Source: Lama guanicoe
Lineage: Eukaryota
DNA: 64,000 nt
Reading direction: 5' to 3'
Assembly: GCA_013239625.1 (NCBI GenBank)
Contig: MU053379.1
Coordinates: 4,769,639-4,833,638, forward strand
Shown: positions 25,501-37,759 of the stretch, piece after piece
Position numbering within the stretch: position 1 is the stretch's first letter
Layout: each line of letters starts with the position of its first letter
Notes under the pieces: generated by a model
The model's database searches: none
What the model was told of the DNA's origin: nothing
The model's input: the letters and a program-made list of their open reading frames with translations, nothing else
Made by a program: the position numbers and the translations under genes

Positions 25501-26789
25501 CAGGGGGGGCCTCAGCCTGACCCCAAGGCTCTGGAGGGCAGGCGACAGCTCTGCTTTGTCCTGTCCTGCCAAGGAAGGGAGCTGGGCTGTCACGCCCCCG
25601 CCTGCCCATCACTGGTCACTGGCCCCCAGGGGGGGACCCCACCCACAGGCGACCCCAGCTCTCTGAGCGCAGGGTGAGCAGCCGTGTGGCCCGAGTCCCC
25701 TGAAGGAGGTGCAGGTGCTGGAGACAGGAGCTGCGAGTGGGCGCACGCTGGGCAGAGGAATCAGGGTGTGCGGGCGGGGAGGCCAGGACCCACCGCTCCG
25801 GGTCCCCCGCAGGTATCACACCAACCCCGCCACAGCAGAGCCCCGACCTCGGCAGCACGCGCTGGGGCTGGGAGGCCAGCAGTGACCTCGGCAATGCAGG
25901 CTGGAAAATAGGTCTTGGAAGAAAGGCTGACAAAATTAGTCCACTTAGTCTCAAGAGAAGACGGAACAGTGATCCAGTAACCGCGAGGAGAAGGCGGCTG
26001 CTTCGGCGGAACTGGGACACACGGCAAACGCACGAGGGCCGGGCGGCGTCGGACCCAGAGGAGAAGGCAGCCCTCAGCCGGCAGCGAGGCCGGTGCCTCC
26101 CGACGTGACTCGCCCCGAGCAGGCGTGACGCAGGCATAGCGCACGAGGCAGACCGAGGACAGCCCTGTGCGGCCCTGGGGGCGGAGAGCTCGGGAGAGAA
26201 GCGCACGCAGTCCAGGCTGAGACAAGCCAGGAGGACGCGTCTCCCACCGTCCCCGGCGCTCTGGGTGGGGGCGGCATCCTTGAGGGCGCGCAGGCTTCAG
26301 CCCAGGGCCCTCGGCCCACTTAACCCCCCGGGGGCCCTGTGGCTGCGGTCAGCGGGCGTGTGTCACCCAGGACGACTGTCAATGAGGAAGGCGGGCCTGT
26401 GCCTGGGGGAAAGGCGGCGTTGGGAGCACTCCTCTGCTGGAGCAGGGTTCATGTGAGTCAGCGTGGTGTCATTAAGGGATACCCAAAGCACCCCGAGCAT
26501 CGGCTGCACCGTTTCTGTTTCTTCCAGCCGTGGACCCGCACCCTCACCACACCGGGCCACGCCCTTCCTCCAGCACCCTGGGCTCGAGGTGCCATCCGGG
26601 ACCAGCATCTCCACTTACGCAGGAAACCCGAGAAGCAAGGAGTTGCCGCTCCCCACTCCAGAGGGCGAGCAGGGTTTGTGGGTGTTCCTCCCTCCAATCT
26701 CGTTTCTGCTCCAGGAGCCAAGCCTTCAGGCACCTCCCTCCTTCCCCGCTCCCGTGTTTAATTTTTACTGATAAAATGGAAAGATTGTT

Positions 26790-26940
26790 GGGGGACGGTG
26801 TAGCTCAGTGGCAGAGCACGTGCTTAGCATGCATGAGGTCCTGGCTTCAACCCCTGGTGCCTCCATTAAAAAACAGACAAATTAATAAATAAATAAAAAC
26901 CTAATTACCTCCCCCTCGAAAACAAACAAACAAACAAAAA
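26790..26940 (+). mobile_element. tRNA-derived SINE (camelid Vic-1-like)
   Basis: GGGGACGGTGTAGCTCAGTGGCAGAGCACGTGCTTAGCATGCATGAGGTCCTGGCTTCAACCCC head with Pol III A box and degenerate B box, 'cctaattacctcccc' tail and an A-rich (AAAC)n end. Confidence 0.85.
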
Positions 26941-29900
26941 GGAATGCGCTTTCTTTGAAAGGAGTGACAGCGACGCCCACACAGGAAGTCCCGGAACCTC
27001 AGCTGGGACTGGGCTCCAGGCACCGACGGGGCTGGGAGGACTGGTGCCCGGCACCACCCGGGAGCAGAGGGGACGCCGTACATCCGTCGGTCAGCCGCTG
27101 GGCTGCAAGGGTGGCGCCAAGTGTGGGGAGCGTTCATCCTTCCACCCTGTGGGCAGCCCTCGGACGGGGCCCCATGGTCAGCGAGTCCAAGTGCACTGTG
27201 GTCGGGAGGAAGCCCCCGCCCAGGAGGCCCAGACGTGGCATCAGTTCTGCCACTTGGCCGGTGTGACCGGGGCCTGGCCTGGGTCCTGAAGGCCCGGGGG
27301 GCTCCGAGTGCCACCCGGCCCTGCTCACAGGAAGAGGGCCGTGCTCCCAGCCGGGAGGGCCTGGCAGGGCAGGAGAGCGGGGTCAGGCCCCAGACCCACC
27401 CGAGGGTAGGGGAAGCTGACGCCGGAAACGGGAAACACCATCAAACCCAAAGACCACAGGAAAGGGGAGGAAGGCTGGACCAGTCACCTGGAAGGTGAAA
27501 AAGCAAACAAATCAGGGCCAAACTGGGTCGGGGGTGTGGTTCAGAGCCAAGCCCCCACTCCCCTCCCACGCGACCCCCTCGGAGCTGCCACCTCTGCACG
27601 TGGTCGGGCTGTGGTGCCCACCCTGCTGCTCCCGCCTGCACGTCCCCGCCACCCACACGCCGTCCCGAGGACAGGGTGGCCGAGGGGACGTCCCACAGGG
27701 GACACTCATCCTGGTGCTGCTTCAGAATTTGCCTTCGTCTTGGTACTTAGGGAGCAGTTAAACCGTTTTCAGAAAAGAGACACATTTCCGTGGAAAACTG
27801 CGTCTCAGTGAAACAGTGAGATGTCTTTCCTTACCTGTTGGGTTTTTTGTGCTCAAACAGGGTTTCTTGACGAGACAAAACGTTGTTGTGCAGCTGGTTT
27901 GCGTGCGGGAGAGGCGGGCGGCGGGCGGCGGGCTGGGCCCCGCGCCCCTGCGGGCAGCCGGGACACCACCACCCAAGCCGGTCAGCGAGCCCGCACCGGA
28001 CAGGAGCTGCTGCCAAGAGCCCGCAGCAGTGAAAGCCACAACAGGTTTTTACAATATAATGTTATGGGCAATGTAAGTTTTTAATTATCAAACACATCTG
28101 TGTGGGAAGGAGAACGAGTTTAGATGATACACCCACATTCCAGGAAGAGGCTCTGCACAGGAGCGTCCCACGGTGCTCGCAGTGTGTGCGCTCTGCTCCG
28201 CGACGCGTCCTCGTCCGACCACGGACAGCGCTCGTGCAGCTGCCGCCCGGGAGCTGAGGATACACGCAGCACAGAGTAACTGCCCCGCCCCACGCCTGCA
28301 CACCGTCCTGCCCCCGGACAGCGCCCAGGCCAGCAGGTGTAACAAGTAAGACGGATAAGACAGAGCGCCAGGCGGGAAGCGGTCCAGGCAACAGGGACAC
28401 AGGAGGACGACCCCTCCTCGAAGGGAGGACAGGTCCCAGTTTTGTGTCCTGGGACTGGGGATGTTGGAGTCGAGCCTGCCTGCAGGCGGATGGAGGTGCA
28501 GCCGGCGATGCCCTGACAGCAAGCGAACCATGTCTGAGGGGCCCCGGGAAGGACCAGCTCCCGGGACACCTAGGGGCCGTGCGGATGTGCGTGACAGTCG
28601 CCCGGCGCACACAGCGCAGAGACAGGTCCCGGCGCCTGCCTGAGCGAGCGCCTTTATTTCACAGGCGTTCTTTTCCTGAAATGTGAGTGATAAACTGGAC
28701 ATCACAAAAATGAACGTGCTTTCATTCATGCTTTTTCCCTCCAGTTCCACGTCCTGCAGAATTACAGAAATGGTCGCTTTTGCCATAGAAGTCTATTCTT
28801 TTATAGGGGGAAAAAAAAAGCTCACACAACAAAAACCATAATGTCTTGAGCCAGAAACAAGTTTGTAGGCCTTTTTAAAAAGGCTCGAAATCATGCTAAT
28901 AATTAATGCCGTGTTTAAACGCTTACTTCTGCACCAGCAAGGTTTTCAAGGGGCCCAACCTCTCGGCTCTTCGTTACTTCAGAGATGGGCTGGGACACAG
29001 GGAGCTTTTGTGCAGCAAGTAAAACACGGTCATCTTTCGTTTTAGTGAAGGAGGGACACTGTCCACTTTGCTGAGGAGATCAAAGCGGACGTATGAGTCC
29101 ATTTTTGAGGCTAGTGTTTTTGAACACATGGCACACGTTCTGGCCTGACAGTCCATCCTGATAGCAAGGTTTTTTTTGTAAAGCTGAGTTTTTCCTAATT
29201 ATTTTTCTCGTCAATGGTCCTGAAAACAATCCTACTTTTCAGCTAAGACACATTTTCTCAAAGATACAGATTTTTCTGATACTGTCGATCATAATAGATA
29301 CACACTATGGATCCGTAACTGGATCACGGAAACTAGTAAGTAGATAAAGAAGCCACCTGACAAGGCAAGTCGGGCGGACTGTGGAGGACCAGCCCTGCCG
29401 GCGACACAGGGGCTGTGGGGTGGGCAGGCTGGGTTGATACCTGACACGGCCAGAGATACCCAAGACAAAGTGAGGCCAAATTTGTGTTCAGGTCAAGTGA
29501 TCGTCCAGCGGGAAGAAATAAACTGCCCAGATCAGGAGAGGGAATGGACGCAGGGTGGGAGACGCCCAGCAGGAAGGGCCAGAACACCTGCACGGAGGGC
29601 AGGGGGACCCTGAACCTGATCTCGGTCCCGCTTGGTCTCCGGCTGCCCGGCACGAGGGGGCTGATTGCTGGGAAAGGCGTAGCAAAGGACCTACCCCAGC
29701 TGGACACTGCAACTGAGCCTTCGCCTTCCACTGTCCCATGTGTGTCTGGGGTCCTAGACGTGCTGGGGTCGCTCCGGGCTCTGGCTTTAAGGCCTGGAGC
29801 TGAGCAGAGGAGGAGCCCGCGTCCCAGGATGCGAGTGAGACTAAAGAAATAGGCCGGTGCAAGTCATCAGAGCAAGGAGGAGGGCCGGGGCGCCAGAGGG

Positions 29901-32057
29901 ACCCGTCCAGGGGATCTGGGGCATCCGGTGACAGATGCCCTCGGACAAGGGAGGAAGCGCCAGCCACCCCTCGCGTGGCGCCCCGCAGCCTCCCAGCTCC
30001 AGCTGGTTGTGGCTCAGAATCTAGATTGTGCCATGCCCCTCAGCCTTCTTGAGAAAAGCACCCAGCAGCTCGGACAGTCTCTCCAACTGTCTTCAGGAAC
30101 AGTAACCTGCCGTCTCTGCTCAGGAAAGCACGCGGAGCGTGCAGACACGTCCTGGCCCGTTACCCCTCCTCGCGCTCACGTCCACGAGGAGACCAGGCTC
30201 CTGTGTGAGGACAGTGCCAGGAGCGACGACGCTGCGCCCCGGCGGACCCCTCCCCGCGCACGCCCTCTGCAGTGCCGGCAGGGTCTGAGCCCGGCTCCCC
30301 CACTCACTGCCCAGCACTCAGCCTCTCCCTCGCCTGGGGCCACTCCTGCGGCCCCGCTGAGCTCAAATCAGGATTCAACCCGCGGTCCTGGGCCTACAGA
30401 CAGATCTTATTTCCAGGGGCAGCTGACTGCAAAAAATGACCCCAAATGTCTCCCGCTGCCATGCATCCGGGTCTCCAAGGGACGTCACAGCACCACCCGC
30501 CACAAGGTGCAGGCTGTCTCCCACCTCTGGGACCTGGGCCACGCGCCCAGCTCTGGTCAAGGAGCTCCTGGCTAAGCGACGTGGGCTCGGAAAGCTGTGT
30601 GCGCGGGGCCGCCGTGGGCGCCACCAGCTCTGTGAAGAGTCCTGGGCCAGCCCGGGGCAGGGGCAGGGGAGAGGCTCACGGCCCAGCTGGCCCGTCACCC
30701 CTCTCCACAGCCCACCAACCCCAGACATGGGCGAGGCTCCGGACAGCCACAGACCGGGACACCCGCCGAGCCCAGGGGACAGCCCTCGGAAGCGTGAGCC
30801 AGCAGAGGGTGAGACTCTAAGCCGCCGCGGTTGGGGCAGTTCTCGCGCAGCAGTGCAACAGGTGCCCTGGCACCACAGAGGCTGCTACCACGCATCCCCC
30901 TCCCATCCTCCTCGACTCGTTCCAAAGTGCCTCGAGGGACGCAGAGGCGAGACTGCGAACTGGGAGTGGGGATCCCAGCCTGGGCTCTACGCCAGCTCAG
31001 CCCACCCGGCGCCGTCTCCGCACCGGAGCATCAGAGGGCGGCCCCAGGCGGGCGCCGAGCGCTCCGGCTTTCCGGCATTGACACGTCTCCTCCCCCTCCT
31101 AAACTCACCACAGCACCCGCCCAGAAACACACCTGGTCTTGAGTCCCTCTCCCGCTATTTCTGATACCAGCTCACACTTTTCTTAGAGCCTCACCTTTCA
31201 CATCCATGTGGCACATCTGAGTAGCCGTCCCCTGTGCTCCCAAGCCCACAAGACTCCTGGCAGAAGACGTGGCCACATTTCAATTCCTGGATGTTGTCAG
31301 TTCAAGACAAAAGATTTAATAACAGATTGTGCAGGGAGAAAAGAAAAGACTCGGTTAATTACATGGATGTCACATGGGGTCCACCACTCTCCACCGTGAG
31401 TGTTGCCATCAACGTGCAACGAGAGTGAGCATTTCACAGTTTGACCTGAAGGTGGTCCTGGAAGGAGCCCCACTGAGCGGTGGGCATCCCGCGCGGCACT
31501 GCAGGGCAGCTCAGAAGCTTGGCCCGGGGTCCGGAGCCTTTCAGTTCAAGGCATGTTGAGGAATATTTCCTACTTCAGCTTCTCCTGAAAGTCGTCCAGA
31601 AGCCTGACAGCTGGCTGTGCCTGAGTGACAGTTCACAACACCGACCTCCCTGAGCTCTGAAGGTTCTGTCATCTCTCCTAAGAGATGAGCATTGTCAAGA
31701 AGGTTCCCCGATGCCCAGGAGACCTGGTGACTCCCCTGCGCTCCACCACTCCATACCCAACAGCCCTTCGTTTGCTTTCTGATTTCAAAGCTGCATCACA
31801 GCTTAGGAGTTATGACGACATTCTGAGCAACCACTCAGGATGCACACTTCAGAGACACCACCCTATGCGTGCAGCTACCTAGCATTCCAGACCAGCCCAG
31901 TGCTCCCAGGAGCCAGGGAGGCCTTCCAGAAGTTTCTGCATCTGCCAGGAGCAGGAGACGCCCCTCTCTTCACTGGAGATTCCTGGCTTTGGCCAGTTTC
32001 CTATGCAATAAATGGTAACGCCCATTGGGAAATACTGAGAGATGTGTGTGCACGTGC

Positions 32058-32310
32058 ACGGAAGCAACCTAGGTGTCCATCGACAGAGGACTGGATAAAG
32101 AGCTGTGGTGTATTTATACAATGGAACACTACTCGGCCATAAAAAAAGAATGAAATAATGCCATTTGCAGCAACATGGATGGACCTGGAGTGAAGTCAGC
32201 CAGAAAGAGAAGGAAAAATGCCATATGATATTGCTCATATGTGGAACCTGAAAAAAAGAAAAAGAAAAAGGAGGACACGATGAACTTCTCTACAAAACAG
32301 AAACAGACTT
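32058..32310 (+). mobile_element. L1 ORF2-end/3'UTR fragment
   Basis: Homologous to 57239-57510 within this window ('gccatttgcagcaacatggatggacctggag', 'ctacaaaacagaaacagact'). Confidence 0.9.
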
Positions 32311-33399
32311 GCTGCCACCAAGGTGCCCTCTAGATCCCAGAGCTGCAGGGCTGTGGTCTGGAACACTCAGAAAAGGGTGTGAGCTCCTCCCGCCTGGAAG
32401 AACGTCTCAGATGGGAGAGAACTGCCAGCTTACCCAAGTAAACTCGCCGCCATTCCTGGATCCTTTCCCGACCAGAGCCTTCTGTCATCTGACCCCCTGG
32501 GCTCAGCAGATACCATTACACTCATCTGAGGTGCAGAATCGTTACATCGATTTGCCAGAGGAAGAAGCGGAGGGTTTTTTCAGAAGGCCACCTGAGGTTT
32601 CCGCAGCCGCAGGACGCCAGCTCTCGCCTCTGGGTGCACTCGTGCTGGTCTAGGTTGTGGACTGGCTTTGGGGCCAGCTTTGTTTCCCGAACGAGAGAAC
32701 TCCAGCCTGGGTTTCAGCTGGGCCTGCCTGTGCCCCAGGGCATGGCTGGCAGTTTAAATTGGACTTTTCCAGGTACAGCAGCGGTGGAGCCAGGAAGTCA
32801 CACAGGTGGATTCAAAGCTCTGATGGTGCCAGCTGGTTCCGTGGACCCGCGCCTCCACCCAAGTGCCTCCTGCAGGTGCACTGGGACGTAAGCTTTCTCT
32901 CCCGGCTGCCAAGGACCCATAGGAGCCAGTCCTGCAAAGGGAATCTGGAGGCCCCACCTCCAACTCCAGTCCTCTGGAAACCCCACCTGAGGAGACGGGC
33001 GAAGGGAGAGGCAGAGGGCTTGGCACCGAGGAGGGTCTCCTGGGGCACAGCTGACTTTGACACCAGGGCGTGAGCCGGCCAGCACGGCCGCAGGCCCCTG
33101 TTGCCTCTGTGCCTGGGGCAGAAACGGGCTCACAGATCCCTTCCCTGCACCACTTTTGACTCCCTTCCCGGTACTTCATTCTTTCTCTATGAAATCCAAG
33201 CTGCAAACACCACTTCCCCCGCGTCCCCCAGCGTTTGCAACGCAGGCTATCTTGGGAGGTGCCTGGGCTCCCTCCCTCCCCACTGCCCACTCTGCTCACC
33301 AGGATTATGCCCTGCCATCCCCCACCCCCAGCGCTTTCCCCTCCCCCCACCCCCCCAGCTTCCTCTGAATTCCCACCGCCCAGGGCCAGCCCTACGGAG

Positions 33400-34700
33400 C
33401 CGGGGGAGGCCTTTAGGACCGAGGGGAGCCGTCTCTTCTCGGAGCCTGGCATCGAAGCTGCCCCCCTGGTCCCCGGCGGATGCCTTCTTGCCCAGCCGCT
33501 CGCACCCTCACATTCCCAGACACCGACCCCGGGCCACCTGCCAGACGCGATCCCTCGGGGCCCCGGGGGCCTAGGGCACAGCTGGCGACCGCCTTCGCGC
33601 GGGGCCGCTCCCCCCACCTCCGCCTCCTCCTCCTCCTCCTCTTTCTCCTCGCTGCCATCCCCCGAGCCCGTGGTCGCCGCCTCCGGCACGCGTGTCTCCA
33701 GGCTCGGAAGCCGAGCGGCGCGCCCCGGGCACCCCTCGCCCACCCGCCGGCCGGGCGCGCGCCGCGGGAGTCTCCCCGCACCCTCCTTTCCTGGGAGCCG
33801 GAGGGCCCGGCTCCGCCCGGCCGCCGCCGCTGGCCAGCTCCAGCCGCCCCGGCCGCCGCCGCTGCCCACCGGGAGCCGAGGAGCCGAGGAGCAGAGGCGG
33901 GCGCCTCACCGCCCCGCGCCCCGCGCCCTCCCTCCCTCGCTCCCTCCGGAGACGCGCGGGCCGCCGCCTGGGCGCACTAGCGGGTCACCTTGTCCAGGAG
34001 GTAAGTGCCTACCGCCCCGGCAGCCTGGGCAGCGGAGGGGCCGGGGTCAGCGGGCGGGCGCGGGAGGCGGCCCCCGCGCGGGAGGGATTCCTGGCTCCGC
34101 CTCAGAGCGCGCACACCGGCGGCGGCGCGGCGCCCGGGTGAGTCGTGGTGGTCCGGGCGGCGGGACCGTGGAGGCGAGGGGGCGCCAGGTGCCAGGGAGG
34201 GAGGAGCGGGCGATGAAGATGCGGAGGAAGGGGCCGGTGCTGTCAGCCCGGGCTGCAGCTTGGCGCCCCGCCACCCCGGGCGCCCCGGTGGCGCGGAGGG
34301 GCCGCTGTGCAAAGTCGGAGAGAGCTGCTGAGACCGAAACCCGGGAGCGCCGCGGAGCGGGGCTGCCGGGGGCGGTGGAAGCGCGCGGCGGGCATGTGCT
34401 CTGCGGGTCCGGGAGACCCCCTCGAGCGACCCAAAGGAGACCGGCTGGGGCTGGTGAGCGGGGCCGCCGCGGAGCTGGGGACCGAGGTCCATCTGGGACC
34501 GGGAAGGGAAACGGGCTTCGATTCTCCGAACGGAGGGAAAGAGGAAGGCGAGTGTGCAAGCGCGCTGGAGATGGGGACTCTCGGCCGGCGACCGGGACGG
34601 AGGTGGGGACCCCGGGAGCCCCTCGCGCCCGAGAGCTGTCTGATCCCTGGCAGCCGCGACAGCCCGCAGCCCCGGAGCCGCCAGCCCCGCGCTGAGAGGG
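33400..34700. promoter_or_regulatory. Strong CpG island / promoter
   Basis: Very high GC and CpG density, GGGCGG boxes, a (CCT)n tract at 33618-33650 and canonical splice donors inside. Confidence 0.9.
33600..34000 (+). other. Probable non-coding first exon of an unidentified gene (5' end approximate)
   Basis: Consensus donor GAG|GTAAGT at 34000/34001 inside the CpG island. No ATG-initiated ORF crosses the donor and no coding exon is recognisable downstream in the window. Confidence 0.6.
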
Positions 34701-37700
34701 GATGAGGGATGCGCTCTGGGGCTCAAGTTCTCGTCTTGATTTCCCTCGGTATGATTTCTGACCCCTCCTGTGCGCTCTCCCAGCTACAGAGAAAGAGGCT
34801 TGGATTACAGGCAGAATCGGGCACTTTTCCTAGGGTAGGCGCTTTGATGGGGTGTGTCTTCTGCAAGACCCCAGTGGAGTGGGCACTTGACAGCCTTGCC
34901 CTGGGGAGGCTGCCAGTGAGGTGGCTTGGCTTTTCTGAAGGACTCGAGGAAGGGGTCCTCTGCTCGCCTTCGTTTCCTTGGGGGTCCCCTTGCAGGCAGA
35001 GGCTTGGGTGCCTAGCTCAGACTTCAGGTGCGCACAGCCCTTCTGCGGCGTCAGCTGCGCTGGCGCCAGCAGGCTCCTGGCCGGACTTGCTGTCTGCGCC
35101 TTGCCTGGCCACGTCCGGGTGTTCAGTGCAGCAGACACTAACCAAGAGCTTGGTTGACTTAGGGGCTGGTGGGGGGGGGTCCCCAATTGTTAGTCAGAGT
35201 CAGGCTCAGCGGTGAGGCAGGCAGCAGCGTCTGAGTCGGTCCCCCTCCGGCTGGCCAGTGCGTCTGGTCAGAGCCCAGAGGGAGCGGCTGCAGACCTGCA
35301 GCCGTGGGGCGAGCCGCCTGTAACCAGCCCCAGAGCCGGCCAACTTTTCCTTGCTGAGAGAGACTGCCTGGCAGTCAGTCGGCAGTGGTGCCAGGATGTG
35401 GTCCCCTGGGGGGCCTGGCTCCGTAAATGCTCACAGCGGCCAGAGTGGAGAGCCCCCCGTGGCGGTCTGATGTCCGTTCTGGCTAGGACGGGAGGTAGCT
35501 GGAGCGAATTTTTGCATGAATTACTGCATGCTGTGAGCCTGGTGGTTCTGTGGACTGTCTTTCTGGAGGTCGGACCACAGGCGCAGGCCTGTGAGACGCT
35601 TGAGGGTCGCCCTTGGTCTCCCCCGACTCCAGCACCCTGGCCCCTTTGTTTGTGGCTGAACTGGTGCCCCCTCCCACCCTGCCCCCACCTTCTGCATGAG
35701 AATGAAATCATCATAATCAAGAAGGCCTGGTTAAATAAAGGAAAAACTGGGGAAATCTACGTCTAAAGTTGTTTACAGTGGGAAATTTCCATGGTTCACA
35801 AAGGTGGGGTGAACAGTGCACTCAGCCCACAGTGGGCCCCTCACCCTCTCCCCGTTGCCCTCCCCTCTGTCGACACCCTCCCGGAGTCCGGGAGCTGTGT
35901 CTGAGGAAGGATGTGGAAACCCTCCACCTCTAAATGCGGTTGTGACGTTTCATTTCCTTGCCATCCTCAGAAACAGCTTCTTTGAATGATTCCTTTTTGG
36001 GGTTAAAAAGGAAAACTGCTAACATTCCTTGAGGCACAAAGAGGGGAACTGAAGGAGGAGAGAGAATTTCAGATCCTGAGAAAAGAGACATTTGAAACAA
36101 TTCTATTTAACTTATATCAGCAGACAGACGTGCCAGGCGGAGTGGGGGGTCGGGTTCGGGTTGAACCAGGATGAGCAAAAGACGTTTTCTTTCGGTTAAG
36201 AAAAAAAACCTTTAAAGCGCAATTAATAAATTGTAAACAATTCGTTTCTTCCTCATTTAGCACAGGCGTAAATTGCACTCACCTTTCTCATTAGCTCCTA
36301 ACGCACGTCTTCTCGGGAGTCATTACTGTTATAAGAGAATAAAAGATGTTTTCTTACGTAAGTTTCCCAGGGCAGACAGCAGTCGGTGCTATTCTGAGGT
36401 TGGTGAGAGTATTCCATCTCCGTCAGGGAACACACGATTGAGCGTCACCTGGCACGTCTGAGATGCCCTCTGGAGACCCTGCTCCCTCAGATGGGTTCCG
36501 AGTGTGGGGTCTGCTGGCTGGAGAGGGGTAGCCTGGGCTGGCCTCCAGGGACCGGTGGAGGGTGGCCCCCCACGTGGTCCCCCCACACTGCACACCTCTG
36601 TGCCTCCCTTTACAGAAAAGCTGTTCCTAAAAATTGTCAGCGACGTGCCTGGAGGATTCAGCCAGACCTCTGAGTACCTTTGTAAGGCATCCTTGGCTAA
36701 GCTTTTGTGATATGAATGAGCAGCCCACAGGCTGGCAGTTTCATGTCCTCCGACCCCCTGGTAGAACTAGCGTGACCCTGAGCCTCTGCCGTTGGCCTTC
36801 TTGGGGCCCATGCACCCTTGTGGCCAAACCCGCCGAGCGCGGCTGGGACCTGTGGTGTGAACACTCACATTGTCAGCAACCTTCTGAGCATGAGGGGCAC
36901 GGGCCCGGCGATTGGAGGACCGGGTGTCGGTCTGTCGGCATCAGCAACACGAGGGGCTGATGAGAAGCAGGACGGCCTGGCCCCTCGATGGGAAGTCACG
37001 GGGCCGTTTGGGGTGAAAGGCGCTGCCACGGGGGACCCTGGAGCCGCAGCCTGGCCCAGCGTCACCGCACCGGCAGCGCTGTGCCGACGCATCAGAAACA
37101 CCGAACGTTAAAGGTTTCGCGTGTTGGGTGCAGCGGACGCTGGAGGAATCTGCCCGCATCTCCAGGTCCGGAGGAGCGCGGCGCGCCGGGTCACCGGCGT
37201 TGGTTTGGCACGTGAGTTTTCTACATTCTCACCGCCAGATACTGAGACTTCTCAGATTCCTCCCGGGAGTTCACAAACCTGTCTTAAAGGGGAGCTGCTC
37301 TGACTTTTTCAGGCCCCAGGCTGCACCTGGGTGGCCTCAGTGTGGCTTTTCTGTGACACAGGCAGCATGAGGATTGGGTGGGGAGTGAGGAGGGTGGCTT
37401 TTCCCGGCCCGACAGCTTCTGAGGCTCCTGCCGGGAGCCAGGCCTCCGTCTCTGGGCTCTGCTGCTGCCTGCTGCATGACCGAGATCACTTAACTTTTCT
37501 GAGATTCTGTCTCTTTTCTTCCGTGCTTCTTTCCAGGATCTTGCAAACAAAATATTTATAGCTGACACAATTTCTTAAAAATGAGACAGACTCCGGCTTA
37601 GGAGCACTGGCGTGTCTTTGGACGCCTCTTTGGGTGAAGGTCGCGTCGCCCGGCTCTCTGAGAACACAGGGTGAGCCCAGCCCTGCCCTGCGCCTGCAGC

Positions 37701-37759
37701 GTCTTGTCAGCAAGGGTCAGAATAGGGCTGGTGCGCCTGGGTCCACGCGGTGTGTCCCC

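Noticed and set aside
26790..26865. tRNA-Ala-like sequence
   Set aside because: Degenerate B box plus SINE tail and A-rich end; it is a tRNA-derived SINE, not a tRNA gene.
28088..28786. 232-aa minus-strand ATG ORF
   Set aside because: No recognisable homology or exon structure; most of it has GC-rich noise composition.
28869..28884. Perfect 16-bp palindrome GCCTTTTTAAAAAGGC
   Set aside because: Short and low complexity, with no supporting context.
33235..34695. 486-aa + strand ORF and overlapping 371-aa - strand ORF
   Set aside because: Pro/Arg/Gly/Ala-rich products of a CpG island, apparently non-ATG starts, no recognisable domain; the + ORF reads through a consensus donor.
33400..34700. 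Assigning a gene symbol to the promoter
   Set aside because: No coding sequence in the window and I do not reliably recognise the 5'UTR; a genome alignment is required.
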